Under the pieces are notes generated by a model. It saw only the letters and a list, made by a program, of their open reading frames with translations, had not been told where the DNA came from and did not search any database. A stretch of DNA of 64,000 bases from the human T2T-CHM13v2.0 reference genome, Homo sapiens: NCBI RefSeq assembly GCF_009914755.1, contig NC_060938.1; one strand, 5' to 3'. The translations under genes were made by a program, and so were the position numbers. Position 1 is the first letter of the stretch, and each line of letters begins with the position of its first letter. Positions 41,801-54,757 of the stretch are shown one piece after another.

Positions 41801-43873
41801 AGCCCCAAATGCCTAGTAACTCTTTCTTATATATTCCTATATTTCTAGGTAACAATTCAATTGTTCTATGGATATTTAAATGAAAACACTGAAATATTTA
41901 GTGTCAATAGTTGGGAAAATTCACAAATAATGAATTATACTCTATGAGTTTTATGTAATATTCTTTCCTTTACCACGGTAAAGGAAAAATTGTTGATAGT
42001 CAAACTGTTGGCTTCAGAATTTATGGCAGTGGTTGAATTTATTCCAGAAAATTTGTCTCATGATCTGTCTAGACATGAGCATAGGCAGAAATAATGAGTC
42101 TGGATTTTCAGTTATATCAGTTACTTTGTAATGAGGACAAGGTAAAATCAGTATTCTATGAGTGGTGGGAAGCTTTGATTCCTTTAGTCCCACTGAGGGT
42201 AACATTAAAGGTGCTTGCAAATGCAGAAATATTCTTAGCCTAGGATGTAGAAATAATGGTTTTCTGCTTAATTTATGAAACAAACATTTTCCTACAAAGT
42301 ATTCTACATACTGTATACTGCATTGCTTAATGTAATGAGGCAGATTTCAGCTTTATAGATAATTATATTGAGTGCCAATCTGCCTATCAGTAGAGTTTTA
42401 TCAAGTTCCTATAACATTTGCAAAGCAGTGGTTGCTGTTGGTGTTGCGGATATAGTAATTTTACAAGAATTAGAATTAGGGAAAAAGAAGGAAGATGTGT
42501 TTCAATCAGTCTCTGAACATTAACTCACTTAATCGTGAAAACTATCCTGTAGGGTTGATAGTGGTATTCTCATTTATGAGGAGTGGAGTATGGAAGACTT
42601 AAATTAAACCTAGAGAAAAGTAGAGTTTCAGAAAAATGGAAAGGACGAAGGAATTTCACATTTAAAAATGAGTATGTGGAAGAATTGTTAGCAAAAGAAT
42701 GGAGGGTATGAATTTAGCCAAGTTTATTCCATAGTTTTCAGTCAGGAATTTTCTTCTGATGAACTTGCACACTAATTTCAAAACACACATTCATTCTTTG
42801 GTTCCTAGAAGGTTATATGAAATTCAGATACATAGATTCACTTTGATGTGTTAGAGCTTTTTACTAGTTAGTCATCTGTTGAATAAGTTAAGGGACACTA
42901 AAATTTAGTATTTGTAAATGTTGAAATAAATTTTCTTTTTTTGGTGATTGTTTTAGAGCTATGATTCAGTATTTTCCTGAGAAGTCCGGCTGCCACAAAT
43001 GTTTGGGAATCTTATAAGGCTCCATCTGCAAATGCTCATGACCAGATATTTCCTGCGATGATTTTTAATGTAATATTTTAATTTTTCAGCTAAGCAGACT
43101 TAGTTTTCCTTTGGAATTTTATCAATGCACCATCAGTATTGCCTTGAGTTAACTGTGGTTTTTGTGTTACTATTATGTAGGAAATAATATTAGGTTTTTC
43201 TTTGGTTGATCATTTTGTTATATAATTCCTATACAATTTTTATTGCTATTTATTTTGGTCCTCACCACTTCTTCTGCCTTTTTTTTTTTTTAAATCACAG
43301 ATTGTTTATGTATCAGAATACAATTTGCCACAACTTCAGGGGCTGTGGTTAAGTTTGAAAACCAAGGATTACATTCAGTTATTTTTGCATACTCTCTAAC
43401 TTTCTTAAACATACTCAACTGAATGGATACATTCCCATTCTGTCAGTGCCGTGCCTCCTGTTAACATTTTTCTACACTAGAAGCTCTTCCCATTTTTGCT
43501 GAGAGAGTGTCTGGCATCTTCTCCCAGCCTCCATTCCTAATGGTGGCTAGAGCTAAGAATGTATTGCTGCTTTCTTTTGTTCCTTTTTTTTTTTTTCAAT
43601 ACTTTTAAGTTCTGGGATACATGTGGAGGTTTGTTCTTGGGATACATGTGGAGGTACATGGAGATACATATGGGATACATGTGGAGGTAAGTTCTTGGGA
43701 TACATGTGGAGGTTTGTTACATAGGTATACACGAGCCATGGTGGTTTGCTGTACCCATCAACCCATCATCTACATTAGGTATTTCTTCTAATGCTATCCC
43801 TCCCCTAGCTCCCTGCCCCCAGCAGGCCCTGGTGTGTGATGTTCCCCTCCCTGTGTCCATGTGTTCTCATTGT

Positions 43874-46800
43874 TCAACTCCCACTTATGAGTGAGAACAT
43901 GTGGTGTTTAGTTTTCTGTTCCTGTGTTAGTTTGCTGAGAATGATGGTTTCCAGCTTCATCCACGTCCTTGCAAAGGACATGACCTCATCCTTTTTTATG
44001 GCTACATAGTATTCCATGGTGTATACGTGCCACATTTTCTTCATCCAGTCTATCATTGATGGGCATTTGGGTTGGTTCCAAGTCTTTGCTATTGTGAATA
44101 GTGCTGCAATAAACATATGTGTGCATGTGTCTTTATAGTAGAATGATTTATAATACTTTGGGTATATACTCAGTAATGGGATTGCTGGGTCAAATGGTAT
44201 TTCTGATTCTAGATCCTTGAGGAATTGCCACACTGTCTTCCATAATGGTTGAATTAATTTACACTCCCACCAACAGTGTAAAAGCATTCCTATTTCTCCA
44301 CACCCTCTCTAGCATCTATTGTTTCCTGACTTTTTAATGATCGCCATTCTAACTGGCATGAGATGGTATCTCATTGTGGTTTTGATTTGCATTTCTCTAA
44401 TGACCAGTGATGATGAGCTTTTTTTCATGTGTTTGTTGGCTGCATAAATGTCTTGTTTTGAGAAGTGTCTGTTCATATCCTTTGCCCACTTTTTGATGGG
44501 ATTGTTTGTTTTTTTTCTTGTAAATTTGTGTAAGTTCCTTGTGGATTCCAGATATTAGCCCTTTGTCAGATAGATAGATTGCAAAAATTTTCTCCCATTC
44601 TGTAGGTTGCCTATTCACTCTGATGACAGTTTCTTTTGCTGTGCAGAAGCTCTTTAGTTTGATTAGATCCCAATTTGTCAGTTTTGGCTGTTGCCATTAC
44701 TTTTGGTGTTTTAGTCATGAAGTCTTTGCCCATGCCTATGTCCTAAATGATATTACCTAGGTTTTCTTTCAGGGTTTTTATGGTTTTAGGTCTTACGTTT
44801 AAGTCTTTAATCCTTCTTGAGTTAATTTTTGTATAAGTTGTAAGGAAGGGATCCAGTTTCAGTTTTCTGCATATGGCTAGCCAGTTTTCCTGGCACCATT
44901 TATTAAGTAGGGAATCCTTTCCCTATTGCTTGTTTTTGTCAGGTTTGTCAAAGATCAGATGGTTGTAGATGTGTGGCGTTATTTTTGAGGCCTCTTTTAT
45001 GTTTCATTGGTCTATATATCTGTTTTGGTACCAGTACCATGTTGTTTTAGTTACTGTAGCCTTGTAGTATAGTTTGAAGTCAGGTAGCATGATGGCTCCA
45101 GCTTTGTTCTTTTTGCTTAGGATTGTCTTGGCTATACAGACTTTTTTTTTTGGTTCCATATGAAATGTAAGTAGTTTTTTCTAATTCTTTGAAGAAAGTT
45201 AATGGTACCTTGATAGGGATAGGATTGACTGTGAATTTCTTTGGGAAGTATGGCCTTTTTCATGACATTGACTCTTCCTATCCATGAGTATGGAATTTCT
45301 TTCCATTTGTTTGTGTCCTCTCTTATTTCCTTGAGCAGTGATTTGTAGTTCTCCTTGAAAAGGTCCTTCACATCCCTTGTAAGTTATATTCCTAGGTATT
45401 TTATTCTATTTGTAGCAATTGTGAATGGGAGTTCACTCATGATTTGGCTCTCTGCTTGTCTATTGTTGTTGTATAGGAATGCTTGTGACTTTTGCACATT
45501 GATTTTGTATCCTGAGACTTTGCTGAAGTTGCTTATCAGCTTAAGGAGTTTTTGGGCTGAGATGATGGGGTTTTCTAAATATACAATCGTGTCATCTGCA
45601 AACAGAGACAATTTGACTTCCTCTCTTCCTCTTTGAATACTCTTTATTTCTTTCTCTTGCCTGATTGTCCTGGCCAGAACTACCAGTACTATGTTGAATA
45701 GGAGTGGTGAGAGAGGGCATCCTTGTCTTATGCCAGTTTTCAAAGGGAATTCTTCCAGCTTTTGCCCATTCCGTATGATATTGGCTATGGGTTTGTCATA
45801 AATAGCTCTTGTTATTTTGAGATACATTCCGTCAATACCTAGTTTATTGAAAGTTTTTAGCATGAAGGGGTATTGAATTTTGTTGAAGGCCTTTTCTGCA
45901 TCTATTGAGAAAATCATGTGTTTTTTGTCATTGGTTCTGTTTATGTGATTGATTATGTTTTTTGATTTGCATATGTTGAACCAACCTTGCATCCCAGGGA
46001 TGAAGCTGACTGGATTGTGGTGGATAAGCTTTTGGATGTGCTGGTGGATTCAGTTTGCCAGTATTTTATTGAGAATTTTTGCATCAATGTTCATTGGGGA
46101 TATTGGCCTGAAATTTTCTTTTTTTGTTGTGTCTCTGCCAGATTTTGGTGTCAGGATACTGGCCTCATAAAATGGGTTAGGGAGGAGTGCCTTATTTTCT
46201 ATTGTTTGGTATAGTTTCAGGAGGAATGGTACCAGCTCCCCTTTGTACCTCTGGTAGTATTCAGCTGTGAATCTGTATGTTCCTGGGCTTTTTTTGGTTG
46301 GTAGGCTATTAATTACTGCCTCCATTTCAGAACTTGTTGTTGGTCTATTCAGGGAATTGACTTCTTCCTGGTTTAGTCTTGGGAGGATGTATGTGTCCAG
46401 GAATTTATCCATTTCTTGTAGACTTTCTAGTTTATCTTCGTAGAGGTGTTAATAGTGTTTTCTGATGGTAGTTTGTATTTCTGTGGGATCAGTGGTGACA
46501 TTCTCTTCATCATTTTTTATTGTGTCTATTTGATTCTTCTCTCTTGTTTATTAGTCTGGATAATGGTCTATCTTTTTCGTTAATCTTTTCAAAAAACCAG
46601 CTCCTGTATTCATTGATTTTTTTGAAGTGTTTTTTGTGTCTCTATCTCCTTTAGTTCTGCTCTGATCTTAGTTATTTGCTGTCTTCTGCTAGCTTTTGAA
46701 TTTCTTTGGTCTTTCTTCTCTAGTTCTTTTAATTGTGATGTTAGTGTGTCGATTTTAGATGTTTCCCACTTCGTACTGCCATAAATTTCCCTTTTAACAT

Positions 46801-47774
46801 TGCTTTAGCTGTGTCCCAGAGATTCTAGTACGTTGTGTCTTTGTTCTCATTGGTTCAAAGAACTTCTTTATTTCTGTATTAATTTCATTATTTACCCAGT
46901 AGTCATTCAGGAGCAGGTTGTTCAATTTCCATGTAGTTTGGCAGTTTTGAGTGAGTTTCTTAATCCTGAGTTCTAATTTGATTGCACTGGTGTGTGAGAG
47001 ACCATTTGTTATGATTTTTGTTCTTTTGCATTTGCTGAGGAGTGTTTAACTTCCAATTATGCAGTCAGTTTTAGAATAAGTGCTATGTGGCACTGAGAAG
47101 GATGTAGATTCTGTTGACTTGAGGTGGAGAGTTCTGTAGATGTCTGTTAGGTCCACTTTCTCTAGAGCTAGTTCAAGTCCTGTATATCCTTGTTAATTTT
47201 TTGTGTTTTTGATCAGTCTAAAATTGACAGTGGGGTGTTAAAGTCTCCCACTATTGGGAGGGAGTTTGTGTGGGAGTCTAAGTCTCTTTGTAGGTCTCTA
47301 AGAACTTGCTTTATGAATCTGGGTGCTCCTATATTGGGTGCATATATATTTAGGATAGTTAGCTCTTCTTGTTGCATTGATCCCTTTACCATTATGTAGT
47401 GCCCTTCCTTCCTTCCTTCCTTCCTTCCTTCCTTCCTTCCTTCCTTCCTTCCTTCCTTCCTACCTTGCTCCCGCCCTCCCTCCCTCCCTCCCTCTCTCTC
47501 TCATTCATTCGTTCATTCGTTCAAAGTCAGTTATATCAGAGTCTAAGATTTCAAGCCTGGCTTTTTTTTGCTTTCCATTTGCTTGGTAAATATTCCTCTA
47601 TCCCTTTATTTTGAGCCTGTGTGTTTCTTTGCACGTGAGATGGATCTCCTGAATACAGCACACTGATGGTTCTTGACTCTTTATCCAATTTGCCAGCCTG
47701 TGTCTTTTAATTGGGGCATTTAGCCTGTTTACATTTACGATTAACATTGTTATGTGTGAATTTGATCCTGTCAT
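43874..47774 (-). pseudogene. Disrupted L1 ORF2 (endonuclease/reverse transcriptase)
   Basis: ATGACAGGATCAAAT start at 47774; fragments include [22 protein letters not shown] (RT) and HMFSLISGS (C-terminus); multiple stops and frameshifts. Confidence 0.92.
47403..47522. repeat. (CCTT)n-(CCCT)n-(CT)n-(TTCR)n microsatellite inside L1 ORF2
   Basis: About 14 perfect CCTT units followed by derived units. Confidence 0.95.
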
Positions 47775-47833
47775 GATGCTAGCTGGTTATTTTGCCCGTT
47801 AGTTGAGCAGTTTCTTCATAGTGTTGATGGTCT

Positions 47834-48845
47834 TTACAATTTGCCTTGTTTTTGCCTGTACCAGTGTTTTCTTTCCATATTTAGTGCTTCCTTCAGGAGC
47901 TCTTGTAAGGCAGGTTTGGTGATGACAAAATCTCTCAGCATTTGCTTCTCTGTAAAGGATTTTATTTCCTCTTTGCTTATGAAGCTTAGTTTGGCTGGAT
48001 ATAACATTCTGGGTTGAAATTTCTTTTCTTTAAGAATGTTGCATATTGGCCCCCACTCTCTTCTGGCTTGTAGGGTTTCTGCAGAGATCCACTGTTAGTC
48101 TGATGGGCTTCAAGGGTAACCTGACCTTTCTTTCTGGCTGCCCTTAGCATTTTTCCTTCATTTCAACCTTGGTGAATCTGATGATTATGTGTTTTGGGGT
48201 TGCTCTTTTCGAGGATTATCTTTGTGGTGGTCTCTGTATTTTCTGAATTTGAATGTTGGCCTGCCTTGCTAGGTTGGGGAAGTTCTCCTGAATAATATCC
48301 TGAGGAGTGTTTTCCAGCTTGGTTCCGTTCTTTCCGTCACTTTCAGGTACACCAGTCAAACGTAGGTTTGGTCTTTTCACATAGTCCCATATTTCTTGGA
48401 GGCTTTGTTCATTCCTTTTCATTATTTTTTTCTCTAATCTCGTCTTCACACTTTGTTTCATTAAATTGATCTTCTATCTCTGATATCCTTTCTTCCCCTT
48501 GATCGATTTGGTTATTGATACTTTTGTATGCCTCACGAAGTTCTTGTGCTGTGTTTTTCAGCTCCATCAGGTCATTTATGTTCTTCTTTAAACTGCTTAT
48601 TCTGGTTAGCAATTCCTCTAACCTTTTTTCAAGGTTCTTAGCTTCCTTGCATTGGGTTATATCATGCTCCTTTAGCTCAGAGGAGTTTGTTATTATCCAC
48701 CTTGTGAAGCCTACTTCTGTCAGTTCATCAAACTCATTCTCTGTCCAGTTTGTTCCCTTGCTGGTGAGGAGTTGTGATCCTTTGGAGGAGAAGAGGTGTT
48801 ATGCTTTTTGGAATTTTCAGCCTTTTTGCACTGGTTTTTCTTCAT
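47834..48845 (-). pseudogene. Disrupted L1 ORF1
   Basis: Start context aagATGaagaaaaaccag at 48845; fragments NDLMELKNTAQELRE and QSLQEIWDYVKRPNLRL..IIQENFPNLARQANIQIQ. Confidence 0.9.
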
Positions 48846-50615
48846 CTTTGTGGATTTGTCTACCTTTGGTCTTTGACGTTGGTGACCTTTGGATGGGGTT
48901 TTTGTGTGGACATCCTTTTTGTTGATGTTGATGCTATTCTTTTCTGTTTGTTAATTTTCCTTCTAACAGACAAACCCCTCTGCTGCAGGTCTGCTGGAGT
49001 TTGTTGGAGGTCCACTCCAGGCCCTGTTTGCCTGGGTATCCCCAGCGGAGGCTGCAGAACAGCAAAGATTGCCGGCTCTTCCTTCCTTTGGAAGCTTCGT
49101 CCCAGAGGGGCACTGGCTAGATGCCAGACAGAGCTCTCCTGTATGAGGTGTTGTTAAACCCCTGTTGGGAGGTGTCTCCCAATCAGGAGGCACGGAGGTC
49201 AGGGACCCACTTGAGGAGGCAGTCTGTTCCTTAGTAGAGCTTGAGTGTTGTGCCAGGAGATCTGCTGCTCTCTTCAGAGCTGGCAGGCAGGAACGTTTAT
49301 GTCTGCTGAAGCTGCACCCATAGACTCCCCTTCCCCAAGATGCTCTGTCCTAGGGAGATGGGAGTTTTACCTATAAGCCCCTTACTGGGGCTGCTGCCTT
49401 TCTTTCAGAGATACCCTGCCAAGAGAGGAGGAATCTAGAGAGGCAGTCAGGCTACAGCAGCTTTGTGGCACTGCCAAACTTCCCTGATGCTTTGTTTACA
49501 CTGTGAGGGGAAAATCACCTACTCAAGCCTAAGTAATGATGGATGCCCCTACCCCCACCAAGCTCAAGTGTCCCAGTTCGACTTCAGACTGTTGTGCTGG
49601 CAGTGAGAATTTCAAGCCAGTGTTTCTTAGCTTGCTGGGCTCCGTGGGGGTGGGATCCGCTGGGCTAGACCACTTGGCTCCCTGGCTTCAGCCCCCTTTC
49701 CAGGGGAGTGAATGGTTCTGTCTCTCTGTCATTCCAGGCACCACTGGGTTATGAAAAAAGAAACTGCAGCTAGCTCAGTGTCTGCCCAAATGGCTGCCCA
49801 GTTTTGTGCTTGAAACCCAGGGCCCTGGTGGCTAGGCACCTGAGGGAATCTCTTGGTCTGTGGGTTGCAAAGACCGTGGGGAAAGCATAGTATCTTGGCT
49901 GGAGGGCACCGTTCCTCACGGTGCAGTCCCTCATGGCTTCCTTTGGCTAGGGAAGGGAGTTCCCTGACCCCATGCGCTTCCTGGGTGAGGCGATGCCCCA
50001 TCCTGCTTTGGCTCACCCTCCATGGGCTGCACTCACTGTCTAACCAGGCCCAGTGAGATGAACCAGGTACCTCAGTTGGAAATACAGAAATCACCCGCCT
50101 TCTGCATTGGTCTTGCTGCAAGCTGCAGACAGGAGCTGTTCCTATTTGGCCATCTTGCCCTCTTTTGTTACTTTTAATCAGAGCCTCTCCTAGATGCTGC
50201 CATGGTAGTTTGGAGCCTCCACTGAGTCCCTACTTTGCTGTCTGTTTCCTTTTGGTCTCAGAGTGGTCTAGGACTTATGACTCTTAGGATATTTAGCTCA
50301 GAGGTGTTAAATATTCTTAAAAGGAGCAAGAGCTTTTAGCTATACTATTTAAGATTCTGTGGGTTAACAAAGCATTATAAGACGGTTCTTAAGATTGAGA
50401 ATTTTTAGTAATAGGCTTCTAATGAACACATGAAAGACCTGTAGCCTTTGTAAGTTGGGAAATTCCTATAGGAATCTCTAGTAATGCTTCTCTTTTATTC
50501 CTGATATTAGTAATTTATGACCTCTCACTTTTTTTTCCCTCTGATCAGCCTGGCTAGAGGTTTATCAGTTTTCTTGATCTGTTCAGAGAACCAGTTTCCA
50601 GTTTTTGCTTTCATT

Positions 50616-50915
50616 GATTTTTTTTTTCTTTTTTTTAGGCAGTATCTCACTTTGTCACCCAGGCTGGAAGGCAGTGGGGGCGATCACTGCTCAATGCAGG
50701 TTCTACTTCCTGGGCTCAAGCAGTTACCCTGCCTCAGCCTCCTGAGTTGCTGGGACTACAGGAGGGCACCACCACACCTGGCGAATTTTTTTTTGTTTTT
50801 AGGAGAGACAGGATCTCCTTATGTTGCTCAGGCTAGTCTCGAACTCCTGAGATCAAGCAATCTTCCCACCTGGCAAAGTGCTGGGATTACAGGCATAAGC
50901 CACTACACTGAGCCC
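50616..50915 (-). mobile_element. AluJ-like SINE within an old L1M
   Basis: tcactttgtcacccaggctgg...ctgggattacaggcataagccac. Confidence 0.85.
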
Positions 50916-51035
50916 TGATTTTTTTTTCCTATTAGTCTGTTTTCCATTCCATTGATATTTGGTTTTTATTATTTCTTTTCTTCTCTTTAATTAAGATTTA
51001 ATTTGCTTTATTTTTCTAGTTTCTAAAGGTGGAAG

Positions 51036-52549
51036 GGATGGCAGCAGCAGTCACTGCAAAGACACCAGCTGCAGTGGGGAAGGTATGGCTGGCGCTGCCC
51101 TGTACATGGAGCCAGTGGGAGCTGGGAACAGGTGGGAGTCCCGCCCCATTCTGAGATGGTGGGGCAGGAGCCCTGTGCTCCTGCTGGCAGCTGCAGCTGC
51201 CCACCTGTGGTTGTGGATCTGGGCATCCCTGCACTCTCGGGGGTCTGGGAAGCCCCACTGCCCCTCCAGGCTTGGAAGCGCCTGCTCCTGCTGCCTGGCC
51301 TTTTCCTGCTCCCTGAGCCTGTTCCAGGGTAGAGCAAGTTGGGCCAAGCCTGGGTGTGGTGGCAGCCCAGTGGGGTGTGCCCATGCTTGGGGCAGCACTG
51401 ACCTGCCAGCCCCCTGTCACCTCAGCCCCCTCTGGACTTTGGGGAATGAGGAGCATGAGAGGGAGGCCGATGGGTCCCTCTGTGTGACCTTGCAGGTGCC
51501 CCTCCCACAAGCAGAGTGGGTACCCTGGACAACATGATTGATTGTGGCAGGAGGCAGATGGGCTTCTGGGTGGAAAGGGGTGAGTCCCTGATGAAATCCT
51601 ACATTCAAGCCAGGAACAGTCTGAAGCCTGGGGCCTGGCCTGTCAGTTCTGAGTGGAATCAGCAGCCCCAGAGTGAGAACTTACTGTGCTCTTTATGAGC
51701 CTGCCCGTGGCCACCCATGGACCAATTAGCATGCACTTACTTCCTTTTGAGCCCATAAAAATCCCAGACCCAGCCAGACTCACACAGACGTTGGGACTAC
51801 CAGCTGTGGAAAGGAGCTATCCACTCTGCTGAGAGCTGGACACTTGTCTAGATGACCTGCAGAGAGGAGCTACCCCCTTCCAGTCTCCTCAGAGCTGTTC
51901 TTTTGTTCAGTAAAGCTCCTCTCTGCCTTGCTCACCTTCCAGTTGTCCACATACCTCATTCTTCCTAGATGTGGGATAAAAACTCTGGACCAGGTGAATG
52001 GCGGGACTGAAAGAGCTGTAACACAAACAGGACTGAAATACGTCCCCCTGCTCACCATGTTTGGGGGTGATGAGAAGGAGAGAAGAGCTGCAGCTCTGCA
52101 GGAAACCCAGACCTAGGAGCTCCCAGAGCCAGAGCTATGACACCCTCTTTGGGGCTCTGTGGTTTCTGTTATCTCCAAGCTTTCCAGTGTCACCATGTTC
52201 CTCTTGTCCAGACGTGGGTGCCTGCAGTGGAAGCCACTTGCGGTGCATCTGATCCAGCCTCAGGCTTGCATGGAGAAAGTGCCTGGAGCTGCCCACCCTG
52301 CTGCAGCAGCTGGCATGCCTGGCTGTGCGCTCTTGCCAGACCCTGCACTCACTCATGCACCCGTCACTGCTCTGTGCCAGACTCGCCTTTGGCAGGTGTG
52401 GGATCTGGGCTGATGGCATGAGCCGTGCACAGCGTATCAGGCCGAGGGGGTGGAATGAGCCCAGCGGGCCCAAGAAAACTTGCACAAAAGGTGCCACCAG
52501 CCACAGAGGTTTCCAGCTGGAAAAGCGGCATCCTGCGGATCCCTAGAAA
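51036..52549 (+). mobile_element. MER52-like solo LTR (~1.5 kb, GC-rich ERV1)
   Basis: gatggcagcagcag...ggagccagtgggagctgggaacagg...ccacagaggtttccagctgg; interrupts L1 ...aggtggaag|cttagattattg with near-TSD gaag/gaaa; CCAAT 51722, CATAAAA 51754, AGTAAA 51909. Confidence 0.82.
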
Positions 52550-52661
52550 GAAACTTAGATTATTGATTTGAGGTTTTTCCAAGTTTTAAATTACAGATAT
52601 TAAATGTTATACATTTTCTTTTACGTGTTTCTTTAGTTACATCTGCAAAATTTTGACATCT

Positions 52662-53080
52662 TGCAACAGTTTGAGTCCTCTGAGAAGCAGATGCCAACAT
52701 GGGTTTAAATGTGCAAAAAATCTATTAGGGAAAAATGCCTGTGTGAGAAAATGAAAAGGGAGCTGTAGGAGACTAAGAGAGTCATCAGACTCTGATGTAG
52801 GTTTGACCCCAAGTTAAGAAAGAACGAGGGTGGGTAAAAGCATCTCATACTACAGTGTATTTCTAAGGAAAGTGGTAAGTTGACTGGGGAGTTCTTGTGC
52901 CAGAGTTTTCTGTCAGAGAAGTCTCATATCACCCAACCAGGGAACTACATTAGTATTCCTGCCTTACTCAGTCATTGGCTGGAAGCAGCCCATGGGAATC
53001 ATGGCCTTGGTGTAAATGCAGAGATGGATTGCAGAGTGCAGCAGCTGGGGCCCTTGATCCCAGTCCTTATACTCCATCAT
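52662..53080 (-). mobile_element. ERVL LTR (LTR16/LTR33-like)
   Basis: gagtcctctgagaagcagatgcc...ctcagtcattggctggaagcagccc. Confidence 0.55.
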
Positions 53081-53150
53081 AGTTGTTATTGAGTTCTAGT
53101 TACTATAGTCAAAGAACATATGTTAAAGGATTTCAAAAATCTTTTATTAA

Positions 53151-53448
<298 letters not shown>

Positions 53449-53864
53449 AGATTTTTAAAAATTGCTCAGAGTGTGGTCTGTCTTGGTGAATATTGTTTTG
53501 TGAACTTGAAGATAATTTCTATTTGGCTCTTAGGCAGAATGTTTTGTAAATGTCAGTTAGGTCAAGTTACTTGATGTTAAAATTTCCTGTTTTCTTACTG
53601 ATTCTCTCTCTCTCTCTTTCTCTCTCTCCCTCTCTCCCTTTCCATTTCCTTTTCCCTTTCCCTCCCTTTGTATCTCCCCTTTCTGTCCTCCCTCTCTCAC
53701 ACCTTTCTCTCTCACTCTCTGTCTCTCCTTTGTCTATTATTTTTCTAGTCTATATTTTATGTGTGTACTTTAGGTGGCTGCTATTATTAAGCCTTCAATT
53801 TCAGTGATCTTCTGTAGTGTCTAAGCTGTTATTTATCTTATTTGTTATGTTTTTCATTTTAAAA

Positions 53865-53948
53865 TTGTGTGTGTTTTTAACACATACAACACATAAAGTT
53901 GTGTGTGTTTTTAACACATACAACACATAAAGTTGTGTGTGTTTTTAA
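53865..53948. repeat. 34 bp tandem repeat (~2.5 copies), each unit containing a hairpin
   Basis: ttgtgtgtgtttttaacacatacaacacataaag x2 plus a 16 bp partial copy. Confidence 0.92.
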
Positions 53949-54540
53949 TCTTTAGATGTTCTGTTTGGGTCTTTTTTGCACCTTTGATTTCTCTCATCAT
54001 TCATATTTCTTCTCTACCTTCATGAACATGTGGAATATATTTATGCTAGCTGTATTAATATCCTTGTCCTGCTAATTTCACATTTCTGTCCTTTCTGAGT
54101 CGGCTTCTATTGACTGATTTTTTTTTCCTGAAGTGCGTTACATATTTCTGTCTTTTTGGAATACCTGGTAATTTTTGGTATTCCATTAAATATTATAAGA
54201 CTTTGGGGATGCAGTTAAGTTAGCTATAATCTATTATATCCTTGCAAATCTTGCTTTTAAGCATTGTTAGCATGTACAAGAACAGATTTTAATGTTAGGC
54301 TAATTTAGCTCCACTTTCATGGTGATACTATTCTGAAGACCCTATCTGATGCCATATGTATTTATTGAGAGGTCTTTTTACCTTGTTTATTGGGAATATA
54401 TGAACTGTTTCTGTATGAGCTTTGAGAATTGTTTAATACGTTGCTTTCCAGGTTCATTTCTTGGTGTTCAGTAATTTCCACTCATGTGCAGCTCAAAACC
54501 CAGACAAAAGTTGAGGACATCACTGTGAAATTCTCTAGAG

Positions 54541-54757
54541 CAGAGGTGGACAAACGGCAGCTAACTGACTAAATCCCACCTGCTACTTGTTACTGTAATT
54601 AAAGTTTTATTGTAACATAGCCATTCTCATTCATTTACATATATTTTTCTGCTTTTACATTATAATAGCATCATTGGATAGTTATGATGCAGATCATATG
54701 GCCTGCAAAGCCTAAAATACTTATCTGCTCCTTACAGAAAATATTTGTTAACTCCCA
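54541..54757. mobile_element. MER58A-like hAT-Charlie MITE
   Basis: taaagttttattgtaacatagcc...atatggcctgcaaagcctaaaata; 8 bp TSD ctctagag/ctttagag. Confidence 0.82.

Larger units (their letters stand above)
43588..50160 (-). mobile_element. Full-length (~6.6 kb) L1PA7-like LINE-1, antisense to MNAT1, decayed
   Basis: polyT, 3'UTR, ORF2 and ORF1 remnants, and 5'UTR ending gttcctatttggccatcttgccc; TSD tcttttgtt[c/a]ctttt at 43573 and 50161. Confidence 0.95.

Noticed and set aside
43615-43712. Four 16 bp repeats with variable gaps as a CRISPR-like array
   Set aside because: The gaps are short, irregular and built from neighbouring L1 3'UTR sequence.
43874-48845. Active LINE-1 or domesticated reverse transcriptase
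   Set aside because: Both ORFs are broken by many stops and frameshifts, and ORF2 also by a microsatellite; the longest fragment is 202 aa.
51016-52582. Overlapping 100-164 aa ORFs, or a CpG island of a hidden gene
   Set aside because: These are stop-poor frames in a GC-rich MER52-like LTR; CpG-depleted, with no recognisable domain.
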